Assembly (NCBI GenBank): GCA_046759165.1 | Contig: JBHIBS010000016.1 | Location: forward strand, 1 to 38,597 | From: a bacterium | GTDB taxonomy: Bacteria; UBA6262; WVXT01 | DNA: 38,597 bases | Reading direction: 5' to 3' | Translations under genes and position numbers: made by a program | In this document: one piece after another, positions 9,544 through 17,696 of the stretch | Numbering within the stretch: position 1 is the stretch's first letter | Layout of the letters: each line of letters begins with the position of its first letter | Notes under the pieces: generated by a model | Told to the model about the DNA's origin: nothing | Database searches by the model: none | Seen by the model: only the letters and a program-made list of their open reading frames with translations

Positions 9544-10282
9544 CTAGCCTCCTGATTAGATTCTCCTTAATTTCTTTTATTTCCCCAATAATAGAAACTG
9601 TCACTTTATCAACTAATTTATTATTATACCAAATGAAACCCAAGATTTCAAAATCGGAAATATTCTTTCTAATGAAATCTATATCTTCACGACCACGAAC
9701 CTTATTGCCCACAACAAAAACCCTCTCTATTTTCAAATCTCCTGCCAGAGACTTAATTCTGAGCGCCGTCTCGATGCTCCTCATGCTCGGCTCCACAACT
9801 ACAATGAGACTATCCACTCCTTCTGCCGTTCCTCTTCCCAAATGTTCTATCCCTGCTTCCATATCAAGAATTACAACATCTTCCCGACTAAAAAATAGGT
9901 GGGAAAGTATTGCTCTAAGAAAGGCATTTTCAGGACAGAAGCATCCACTTCCACCCTTCTTTACCCTTCCCATGAGTAGGACTTTTATGCCCTGATGCTC
10001 TCTAGAAAACTTATCAGGAATATCGTCCACCCTGGGATTGAGCTTGAAGTACCCTCCCATTGTGCCGGGTTCAACACCTGTCCTCTCTTCAATCAGTTGC
10101 TTCATCTCCACAAGGGGAACTATCTTCTCAGGTTCAGGAAAACCAAGAGTGGCTGCCAGGTTACTGTCGGGATCGGCATCGATAGCTATAACTTTCTTCC
10201 CATCCTGAGTAAAACTAAGGGCCAATCCTGCAACCAGAGTAGTCTTTCCCACTCCACCCTTGCCGGTTATTGCCAATTTCAT
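9515..10282 (-). CDS. cooC: CooC/AcsF-type nickel-insertion ATPase
   Basis: GKGGVGKTT, DADPDSNL, GCFCPEN (CxC) and DMEAGIEHLGRGT. Confidence 0.94.
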   Translation of the reverse strand: MKLAITGKGGVGKTTLVAGLALSFTQDGKKVIAIDADPDSNLAATLGFPEPEKIVPLVEMKQLIEERTGVEPGTMGGYFKLNPRVDDIPDKFSREHQGIKVLLMGRVKKGGSGCFCPENAFLRAILSHLFFSREDVVILDMEAGIEHLGRGTAEGVDSLIVVVEPSMRSIETALRIKSLAGDLKIERVFVVGNKVRGREDIDFIRKNISDFEILGFIWYNNKLVDKVTVSIIGEIKEIKENLIRRLDEKGREVHR

Positions 10283-10313
10283 CTTTTTCCTCTACTCCTA
10301 ACATTTTTACCAT

Positions 10314-10493
10314 TTAAAAGATAGTTTGTGAAGGACTTGTGGAATTTCAGCCAAAGAACGAGGACGATGCTTTCTCTCCCAAGCAAGAATTTGTTTGACC
10401 CCGCATTGCGGGGGAGTTTATTTTTGCGCCCTGCAAAGTCCAAAGTTCTTTGGCGTCAAGAAATTCCGTAGGAACGAACAAACTATCTTTTAA
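10314..10493. repeat. Palindromic intergenic element, copy 1 (180 bp, short form, perfect 16-bp terminal inverted repeats)
   Basis: TTAAAAGATAGTTTGT (10314-10329) pairs with ACAAACTATCTTTTAA (10478-10493). Inner pairs are GGAATTTC/GAAATTCC and GCCAAAGAAC/GTTCTTTGGC, with a central CCCCGCA-T-TGCGGGG hairpin. Confidence 0.88.
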
Positions 10494-11361
10494 TTGCTAT
10501 TTCTCTTTTCACGAGGTCTTGATATCCCTTATGAATTTTTTGAGTGACAGGGCCCGGCTTTCCCTTGCCGATTCGGCGACCATCGACTTCTACAAGGGGC
10601 ATAATTTCAATTAAAGAACTGGTAAGGAAAGCCTCCTCTGCTCCCATCAGCTCATCTAAGAAGACTCTTCTATTATATGCCTTAATCCCCAGATTGGGAA
10701 CCAACCCCAGGACGACTCCTCGTGTTATCCCTGGCAATAATCCCGACTCTTCTGGTGGTGTAATTACAACACCCCTTTTCACCAAAAAGATATTGCTCGT
10801 CGAAGCTTCAGTAACATCGCCTAAAGTATTGAGCAAAATTCCCTCATCAACTTGCTTCGCTTGTGCCTCTTTTCTGGCCAATATATTATTTAGAAAGTTG
10901 AGCGACTTCAATCTGGATACAGGCGATGCCTGATTCTGTCTGATCTCAACTACTGTAGCTTTCCATCCTTTTCTATACTTTGAAGGAGAAAAGGGCTTGA
11001 ACTCTCTTGCCACTATTACCAGAGTGGCTGAGGATTTATGTTTAGAAATTAAGCCAGGCTCGGAAACTCCTCTCGAAACAGTGAGTCTTATGTAGGCCTC
11101 GGAAACACCATTTATTTTCAGTATTCTCTTAATTATATTTTTTAGATCTTTTCGAGTATAAGAGAGGGAAATTTCTATTTCCTTTGCCGAGCGGAAAAGC
11201 CTGTCTAGATGGTCTTCCAGGCGAAACACTTCACCCGAGTAGGCGCGCATTGTCTCAAATAGACCATCCCCATAGAGAAATCCCCTATCGAAGACAGAAA
11301 TTTTTGCCCGGGTAAGATTCACAAAAGAACCATTGAGAAAGATTTTTTCCATATTCGGCAC
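10483..11361 (-). CDS. PLP fold-type IV enzyme, probably 4-amino-4-deoxychorismate lyase (PabC-like); an IlvE-like aminotransferase is not excluded. Start may be 11352.
   Basis: DRGFLYGDGLFET, LKSLN, E...SNIF and LPGITR; directly after pabB. Confidence 0.8.
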   Translation of the reverse strand: MPNMEKIFLNGSFVNLTRAKISVFDRGFLYGDGLFETMRAYSGEVFRLEDHLDRLFRSAKEIEISLSYTRKDLKNIIKRILKINGVSEAYIRLTVSRGVSEPGLISKHKSSATLVIVAREFKPFSPSKYRKGWKATVVEIRQNQASPVSRLKSLNFLNNILARKEAQAKQVDEGILLNTLGDVTEASTSNIFLVKRGVVITPPEESGLLPGITRGVVLGLVPNLGIKAYNRRVFLDELMGAEEAFLTSSLIEIMPLVEVDGRRIGKGKPGPVTQKIHKGYQDLVKREIAIKR

Positions 11362-11388
11362 TTTCCCGACTACATCCCTCCTTTTCGG

Positions 11389-11436
11389 GAGGACTCCAAA
11401 AGACTCGCCTTAGAGGACTTCAAAAGGCTCGCCTTA
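11389..11436. repeat. 24-bp tandem duplication (2 copies, 22/24 identical)
   Basis: GAGGACTCCAAAAGACTCGCCTTA followed by GAGGACTTCAAAAGGCTCGCCTTA. Confidence 0.85.
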
Positions 11437-12885
11437 TAAACTGCTTGGATGAGTAAGCACCTCTCTCCCTTTCCCCATAGTCAGAGTTTCTATCAAAGCT
11501 CTGGCTTTGTGTAACGTCTCTTCATATTCTATCTCGGGATCGGACTCGGCTACAATTCCGCCGCCAGCATGGAAGTATATCTTTCCAGCAGTGATTACCA
11601 TAGTTCTAATTACAATGTTGAGGTCGGTTTCGCCATTGAACCCTATGTATCCGATAGAGCCAGTGTAAACACCCCTCTGATTTGGCTCCACCTCATCAAT
11701 TATTTCCATAGCCCTGATCTTTGGCGCCCCTGTTATCGAACCTCCCGGAAAACATGCTTTTAAACAATCGATGTGCTCTTTACCTTCTTTTAGCACCCCC
11801 TCCACTGTAGAAACTAAGTGAAATACTGTAGGATGAGCCTCCAGAGTGATGAGTTCAGGTACTCTCACAGTTCCGTATTCGCAAACTCTTCCCAGATCAT
11901 TTCTTTCCAGGTCAACTATCATTATCAACTCTGCCCTATCCTTCTCGCTCTCCAAGAGTTCCCTGGCTAACCTCCTATCTTCGAAGTTATCTCCACCCCT
12001 GGGACGCGTGCCTTTAATAGGACGAGTCTGGACCTTTCTTCCGGATATGCGCAAGAACCTTTCAGGAGAAGCACTTACTATAGTAATTTCGGGAAAATTT
12101 AAGAAACTTGCAAACGGTGCAGGGTTAATTCGACGAAGGCGCTCATATATGGTGAAAGGTGAAGCCATTTGACAGCAGCTAAATCTCTGAGAAAGGTTAA
12201 CCTGAAAGATGTCTCCTGCCCTGATATACTCCCTGGCTGTCTGTACAGCGTTGAGATAGGCTGACCGTGAAAAATTCGACATTATCTCTGGAATATCATA
12301 CTCTTTCCCAACTGAAGAATCTTCTTTGGAAGATTTCTTCAATATATCTAGCGCCTCCTGCAAGCGCAACTCGGCTCTCCTTCTTATTTCACCAGGTTCT
12401 CTTTCCGGAAGACCCGAAGAAGAGATGAAAAGTCTACCCGTCAAGTGGTCGAAGGATAACACCAGGTCATAAAAACCTAAATAGCAGTCGGGAAGTTCTA
12501 AATCGTCAACGCTCTTTCTGGGCAGTTTTTCAACAAAATGGCATAAGTCATAGCCAAAATAACCCACTGCTCCACCCAGAAAGGGAGAGTAACTAGAAGA
12601 AGCTAACCTGTACTGAGAAATGAGCCTTTTGAGGACACCAAAAGGATCTCCTGAAAATCTCTGACTCTGGCCTCCTTCACAAATTTCAATTTGTTCTCCT
12701 TTACTCTTGAACACGAGAAAGGGGTCACTACCCATGAACGAATACCTACTGAAATCGCCTACAGAACCCCCGCTTTCGAGGAAAAAACTGTAACGGCTAT
12801 CCAGAAAGAGTCTAAATAGCTTCTGGGGAGGAGACAGAGGAGGAATCTCTCCTATCCATTGTAAAGGCCTGACTAACTCCTTCAT
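11434..12885 (-). CDS. pabB: Aminodeoxychorismate synthase component I
   Basis: GDIFQVNLS, NPAPF, SASPERF, TRPIKGTRPRG (PIKGT is PabB-type), AEL.MIVDLERNDLGR and FPGGSITGAPK. Confidence 0.88.
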   Translation of the reverse strand: MKELVRPLQWIGEIPPLSPPQKLFRLFLDSRYSFFLESGGSVGDFSRYSFMGSDPFLVFKSKGEQIEICEGGQSQRFSGDPFGVLKRLISQYRLASSSYSPFLGGAVGYFGYDLCHFVEKLPRKSVDDLELPDCYLGFYDLVLSFDHLTGRLFISSSGLPEREPGEIRRRAELRLQEALDILKKSSKEDSSVGKEYDIPEIMSNFSRSAYLNAVQTAREYIRAGDIFQVNLSQRFSCCQMASPFTIYERLRRINPAPFASFLNFPEITIVSASPERFLRISGRKVQTRPIKGTRPRGGDNFEDRRLARELLESEKDRAELIMIVDLERNDLGRVCEYGTVRVPELITLEAHPTVFHLVSTVEGVLKEGKEHIDCLKACFPGGSITGAPKIRAMEIIDEVEPNQRGVYTGSIGYIGFNGETDLNIVIRTMVITAGKIYFHAGGGIVAESDPEIEYEETLHKARALIETLTMGKGREVLTHPSSL

Positions 12886-12889
12886 CTAC

Positions 12890-13951
12890 TCACCTCCCAA
12901 AATAGCTGGCTCTAATGCCATCGGAAACTCCTTTGGTCAACTTCACTACCTTTTCAGCAACCTCGACTGGCAGAGTCCCTGTCCCACAACTGGGAGTAAT
13001 CAATAAGTTCTCCAGAATCCTTTCCCTGCCTACGCCCTTACTGACTAAAAGTTTTAATCCATCTTCGAATCTTTTAATTAAGCTCCTTACCTCCTCTCCC
13101 ATTGCTCTGGAGGATGCGGGCACAATACCCCAGGCTAAGTAGCGACCTTGACTTAAAAATTCTTTCAACTTTTCTGGGTACAGGCTAATAGCTTCCAGGT
13201 AACTATATGCATCGAAACTTATGATGTCCACTTTTGTATCCATAAGAATTGACCAGTCTGTGTTTCCACAACAGTGTATCCCCGCAATGGCTCCCTCTAA
13301 TTTAATGGAATCGATAACCTGATTCAAATAATTCACTACTTCATCTCGACTCAGTGAAACGAAAGCAGAACCAAAGGATGCAAGATAGGGCTCATCTATA
13401 AAAATAATAACTTTAGGGAAAACCTCTTTCATTCTTATAATCTGCCAGCGAGCCTTCATCCCGCAAGTCTTCACTACCGCATCCACAAGTTGCTCGTGAT
13501 AGAGGATAGACTTTCTATTTTCGTCAGTAACAGTAAGCCCAAAACTAATAGGGCCAATAAGTTGTCCCTTGAGCGCCAGAATACCAGCTCCTCCTTCCTC
13601 CTTTGGGAGATTCTTTCTCATTTGTTCCATAAGGGAGTAGAAACCTACTGCATACTCCTCGCTAATCTTGAAATAATCGACTCTGTTCTTTATTATTTTT
13701 TCATAGAACTTCTCTAACTCCCCAGTTATGTCTCCTTTTGTTTGGAAGTACACCATCCCTTTCCCCTCATCTAAGACGAGGCAGGGCATCCCTTTGCTCA
13801 CCTGTATATACATATTCTCCCGTAAATCAAGTTTCGGAAGTTGTGGCCAGGCCGGTATTTGGGGAAAACTCTCTAAGACTATCTCACAGGCCCTTTCAAC
13901 GTCCTGGTGAGGTAGGCTGCCAATCGCTGTACACAGTCCTTTGAATTCCAT
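12890..13951 (-). CDS. Short (core) folate-independent methionine synthase, MesB-like Zn-dependent corrinoid:homocysteine methyltransferase
   Basis: IGSLPH...PAWPQLP...ENM, IDEP, GIHCCG and ITPSCG; only the catalytic half of MetE (353 aa). Confidence 0.75.
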   Translation of the reverse strand: MEFKGLCTAIGSLPHQDVERACEIVLESFPQIPAWPQLPKLDLRENMYIQVSKGMPCLVLDEGKGMVYFQTKGDITGELEKFYEKIIKNRVDYFKISEEYAVGFYSLMEQMRKNLPKEEGGAGILALKGQLIGPISFGLTVTDENRKSILYHEQLVDAVVKTCGMKARWQIIRMKEVFPKVIIFIDEPYLASFGSAFVSLSRDEVVNYLNQVIDSIKLEGAIAGIHCCGNTDWSILMDTKVDIISFDAYSYLEAISLYPEKLKEFLSQGRYLAWGIVPASSRAMGEEVRSLIKRFEDGLKLLVSKGVGRERILENLLITPSCGTGTLPVEVAEKVVKLTKGVSDGIRASYFGR

Positions 13952-13966
13952 CCTCTAACCTCCCAA

Positions 13967-14074
13967 GAAAAGGGGACAGGCTACTTTTTCTTCTCTGCAC
14001 TATCGCTTTGTCGCCCCCGTGACGGAACAGGGGAGGCTAATTTTTCCAGTCAAAAAGTAGCCTGTCCCCTTTTC
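13967..14074. repeat. Perfect 23-bp inverted repeat pair with a 62-bp spacer (MITE/REP-like)
   Basis: GAAAAGGGGACAGGCTACTTTTT (13967-13989) and AAAAAGTAGCCTGTCCCCTTTTC (14052-14074). Confidence 0.9.
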
Positions 14075-14084
14075 CTCCCCTTTT

Positions 14085-15371
14085 TTACTTCTTCTCCCAT
14101 TTTAGAAGTTCTGTAACTTTCCCCAGGGTCCCGCCCTCTTTAATCTCTTTTCGAATCCTGTTCTCCCTTTCCAATACATCCATTGCCCGATTGGTAATTT
14201 CCACTGCTCTCTTTTGAGGAATGACTACAACTCCGTCATCGTCTCCGAAGACCCAGTCTCCCGGAAAGACCCTCATTCCGCCAACTTCCACCGGCACGCC
14301 CATTTCACCAAATCCCTTAGGCTCGCCTGCTGTGGGCGTAATAATTCGGGCAAAAGCAGGAAACTCAAGCTTCCTGATTTCTACCACATCTCTAATCGCT
14401 CCATCAATTACCACTCCAGCTATACTCTTTTCCAAGCAACTGTTTGTAGCCAATTCTCCCCAAACTGCTGGTCCAACTCCTCCTGCATCAATCACAATGA
14501 CGCTCTCTTGAGGCGCCTCATCGATTGCTTCCACTGTCTTTGCCCAGTCTCCAGGATAGGTTCTCACTGTGAACGCAGGTCCGATCATCTTAATGCCAGA
14601 ACAGACCGGACGAATGCCCTTCAGTTCACCCTGGCGATGCATAGCATCAGAGATATTTGGTGAAGAGACCTTGGAAAGCATCTCCCTTATATTCTCCTCA
14701 GAAACCCTTTTAAATAGTTCACTTTTAATTTTAACCTTTTTCTCTATTGCCCTCTTAATTTCTGTGGTTGCCTTTTTGGCGTCCACGCTTTTAATAATCG
14801 CTCCTCCCACAATAATGATATTTGCGCCTGCCTCCACTGCCTCATAGGCATTTTCGGAATTGACTCCTCCAGCAACACCGATCGGAACTCCTATCTTGCC
14901 TGCAATCGTTCTTACTCCTTCAAAGGATACTTTTCCTTCCATCTGCTCATCAATTGAGGTATGAAGACTTATATAATCGGCACCCATTCTCTCAACCTCT
15001 TTCGCTCTTTCCAAGAGCGCGTCAACTTCTAAGAGGTCTACCGTTATCTTTGCTCCGTAATGGCTTCCCGCCTCAATACACTCTCTTATGGTAGAGTCGC
15101 TGGCCAGCCCAAGAACAACTACCACGTCAGCCCCCGCCTTAGCAGCGCTCTCAACCTCAATCCTCCCCACATCCATTGTCTTCATATCGGCCACCAGTGT
15201 AGCCTTGGGATACCTCTTTCTCAGCTCCCTCACCGCATCCAGCCCACTACTTTTGATAAGGGGTGTTCCTGCCTCAATCCAATCCGCTCCACCCTGTAAA
15301 GCCTCCCCGGCAAGTTTTAATGCCCTGGGCAAATCAATGAAGTCCAATGCTACCTGAAGTATAGGTTTCAT
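14085..15371 (-). CDS. 3-hexulose-6-phosphate synthase fused to an RraA/MenG-like (HMG aldolase-like) domain
   Basis: N-terminal half: LQVALD, IEAGTPLIK, ADMKTMD and VAGG. C-terminal half: SPNISDAM, GDWAKTVEAID, AVWGELA, DGAIRD and GDDDGVVVIP. Confidence 0.88.
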   Translation of the reverse strand: MKPILQVALDFIDLPRALKLAGEALQGGADWIEAGTPLIKSSGLDAVRELRKRYPKATLVADMKTMDVGRIEVESAAKAGADVVVVLGLASDSTIRECIEAGSHYGAKITVDLLEVDALLERAKEVERMGADYISLHTSIDEQMEGKVSFEGVRTIAGKIGVPIGVAGGVNSENAYEAVEAGANIIIVGGAIIKSVDAKKATTEIKRAIEKKVKIKSELFKRVSEENIREMLSKVSSPNISDAMHRQGELKGIRPVCSGIKMIGPAFTVRTYPGDWAKTVEAIDEAPQESVIVIDAGGVGPAVWGELATNSCLEKSIAGVVIDGAIRDVVEIRKLEFPAFARIITPTAGEPKGFGEMGVPVEVGGMRVFPGDWVFGDDDGVVVIPQKRAVEITNRAMDVLERENRIRKEIKEGGTLGKVTELLKWEKK

Positions 15372-15793
15372 TCCTCTTCCCCCACTATCTGTAGAATCAC
15401 TTCCCGCTTTCTGGGTCGGTTGTCAAAATCGACAAAGATAATCTGTTGCCATGTTCCCAAGATCAGCTCTCCTTTTTCGAAGGGCACTGTGAGAGATGGT
15501 CCCAGAAGAGTTGCTCTCAGGTGTGAATGAGCATTCCTATCCAGATGAGTCCCATTGTGCAGGTAACCTTTCTCCCTGGGAACAAGTCGCTCGATGACAG
15601 TGGTAAAATCTTCCACCAATCCCGGCTCATACTCCATAGTGGTTATCCCCGCTGTAGCTCCGGCAACAAAGATATTAACCACGCCCTTTCCCAGACCAGT
15701 CTCTTCTAAATTCCTCGCTACCCGCTCGGTAAGGTTGACAATATCCACATTGCCTTGAGTGGAAAAACGGATTTTTCTAGAAACTATTCTCAT
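15368..15793 (-). CDS. yjbQ: YjbQ/UPF0047 family protein
   Basis: TA.IT..E.EPGL..D, YLHN...NAHSHLRA.LLG and LGTWQ.I...DFD; start at 15793 overlaps the folD stop (ATGA). Confidence 0.88.
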   Translation of the reverse strand: MRIVSRKIRFSTQGNVDIVNLTERVARNLEETGLGKGVVNIFVAGATAGITTMEYEPGLVEDFTTVIERLVPREKGYLHNGTHLDRNAHSHLRATLLGPSLTVPFEKGELILGTWQQIIFVDFDNRPRKREVILQIVGEEE

Positions 15794-16710
15794 TCTTTCT
15801 TCTCGATTTGCCACTTGCAAGCAGCAAGTGTGTTTCTTAACAGCATTACCACTGTAAGGGGGCCGACTCCACCAGGCACAGGAGTAATATAGGAAGCTTT
15901 TTCCGCCGCTTCTTCGAACACAACATCGCCAACTGTCTTCATCTTGCGCTTTCCTTCATTATCGACAACAGGCTTCCCTGTCTCGTCCAGAACTGGAACT
16001 CGATTTATACCCACATCGATTATAATTGCCCCGTGTTTAATCATATCTCCCTTGATCAATCCCGCCTTTCCCACGGCAACAATGAGGATCTCAGCATTTC
16101 TGGTATGGGAACCCAAATCCCTGGTGGCAATATGGCAAACAGTGGGAGTAGCCGACTCCAGAACCGAAGAGAGTAGAAAGAGAGTTATGGGTTTGCCTAC
16201 AATCTCGCTATGTCCTACAACAGTTGCTTCTTTACCCTTTATATCCACGCCCGTACTCTTTAAAAGCTCCATAGCCGCCAGCGCGGTACAGGGAGCGAGT
16301 CTGGGACTTCCATAGACCAGCATACCCATGTTGAAAGGGTTCATACCTTCAACATCTTTCGTGGGAGTAATGGCCATCTGCACCCTGCGAGCATTTATCT
16401 GTTGAGGAAGGGGCATTTCCAGAATAATACCGGCGACCTTATCATCTCTATTCAATTTCTCAACGAGTTTGAGAAGTTCTTCCTCGCTTGTTGCTTCTGC
16501 CAATTCGTGGAGTTGATAATCGATCCCTACCTCTTCGCAACTCTTCCTCTGGCTCTTAACGTAGACTCTTGAGGCAGGGTTCTCTCCAACCTGTATTGCT
16601 GTTAACAGGGGTACCACTCTATGCCTCTCTTTCAACTGTTCAACTTCCTTCTTGATATCTTCCTTGAACTTCGCCGCCAGAGATTTACCATCAATTATTT
16701 CTGCTGCCAT
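15790..16710 (-). CDS. folD: Methylene-THF dehydrogenase (FolD family, probably monofunctional)
   Basis: IIDGK, KDVEG, PCT, IVGKP, IIDVGIN and ITPVPGGVGP. Start moved to the ATG at 16710, behind a G-rich RBS. Confidence 0.94.
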   Translation of the reverse strand: MAAEIIDGKSLAAKFKEDIKKEVEQLKERHRVVPLLTAIQVGENPASRVYVKSQRKSCEEVGIDYQLHELAEATSEEELLKLVEKLNRDDKVAGIILEMPLPQQINARRVQMAITPTKDVEGMNPFNMGMLVYGSPRLAPCTALAAMELLKSTGVDIKGKEATVVGHSEIVGKPITLFLLSSVLESATPTVCHIATRDLGSHTRNAEILIVAVGKAGLIKGDMIKHGAIIIDVGINRVPVLDETGKPVVDNEGKRKMKTVGDVVFEEAAEKASYITPVPGGVGPLTVVMLLRNTLAACKWQIEKKE

Positions 16711-16789
16711 GTTAACCCCCCTGTAAACCCTCTCCCCTGACCCTCCTTGCAAGGAAAAGGGGATTTTTATGATGATACCCAGATATCTC

Positions 16790-17431
16790 TCAGGTAATAT
16801 TCTCTATTTTATCTTCGGTCTTTCTCAATATTTCGTCTTTTATTTTTATTCTGTTTCCCACAAGGGAGCCTATAACCTTCGTTCTCTCTTCCACAAAGCT
16901 TCTATCTTGGATCGTTTTTAGATTTATCCTTACATTGAGCTCTGCTCCCTTCAATGCGGCCTCCAATAATCCTGCAGCAACGCCCACATCACTGACTAAC
17001 CTAACGTTGCCTATCTCCACAAGCCTTCTTGCCAGATCCAGACCCTCCAAACAAGAACGGGCTACTTCCAGAGGAACAATTAGTGCGTCTTTACAGGCCT
17101 GTTCGATTGCTTTGGAACACACTTCCCTTTGTTTATCAGTCGTGCGGGGCAATTTATAAGCAATGGAGACCTTACCATAGGCTCTAATATCTTCATCCAC
17201 CAACTCGGTCAATCTCTCACGCAAATCTTCGCTTCTCTTTAAAAGCTCCGCTACCTCCTTTTCGCTTTCCCTATACTTCTCTTTTCCGAGAGTAAAATTT
17301 GAAACCATGCTCAGAAGCCCGACTCCCAGTGCACCCACTAGAGCCACCACACTTCCCCCTCCAGGCGCAGGAAGTTTGGCGGCCAAATCATCAACATACT
17401 TTTCTAACCGTTCACTTCTATAATCTCCCAT
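16790..17431 (-). CDS. fchA: Methenyl-THF cyclohydrolase (FchA; cyclodeaminase/cyclohydrolase family)
   Basis: PAPGGGSV.AL, L..LVDED..AY, GN..L.SDV and A.LNVRINL. Confidence 0.88.
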   Translation of the reverse strand: MGDYRSERLEKYVDDLAAKLPAPGGGSVVALVGALGVGLLSMVSNFTLGKEKYRESEKEVAELLKRSEDLRERLTELVDEDIRAYGKVSIAYKLPRTTDKQREVCSKAIEQACKDALIVPLEVARSCLEGLDLARRLVEIGNVRLVSDVGVAAGLLEAALKGAELNVRINLKTIQDRSFVEERTKVIGSLVGNRIKIKDEILRKTEDKIENIT

Positions 17432-17465
17432 TATATCTCCTTACAAATATTTTTATACATGAAAT

Positions 17466-17696
17466 TTGAAAGATAGTTTTGAAGAGCATCAGGAATTTTA
17501 GCCAAAAAACGATGACGACATACTCCCCTAATGCGAGTGGATTTGGTGTAGCGAACATTAGAATTTTTAGCCAAAAATCGAAGAAAAGAGTTTATCCGAA
17601 ACTGACCGTAGGGAATTTCGGGAAACTCCTAAGATTTTTGGCGGTGCTCAAACAGCAAAAAATTCTCAGTGACCGAACCAAATCCCGAGCATTCCT
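17466..17696. repeat. Palindromic element, copy 2: outer-left arm plus the complete 161-bp inner unit; outer-right arm missing
   Basis: Starts TTGAAAGATAGTTT...GGAATTTTAGCCAAAAAACGA. The inner unit 17529-17689 matches 22433-22593 with 13 mismatches (hand count) and no indels. Confidence 0.9.

Noticed and set aside
11389-11436. CRISPR array
   Set aside because: Only two abutting units, no spacer and no cas genes.
16715-16775. C-rich/G-rich imperfect palindrome (CCCTCTCCCCTGACCCTCCTTGCAAGGAAAAGGGG) upstream of folD
   Set aside because: It may be a decayed small repeat but is single-copy here and too degenerate to support; it only accounts for the spurious N-terminal extension of the folD ORF.
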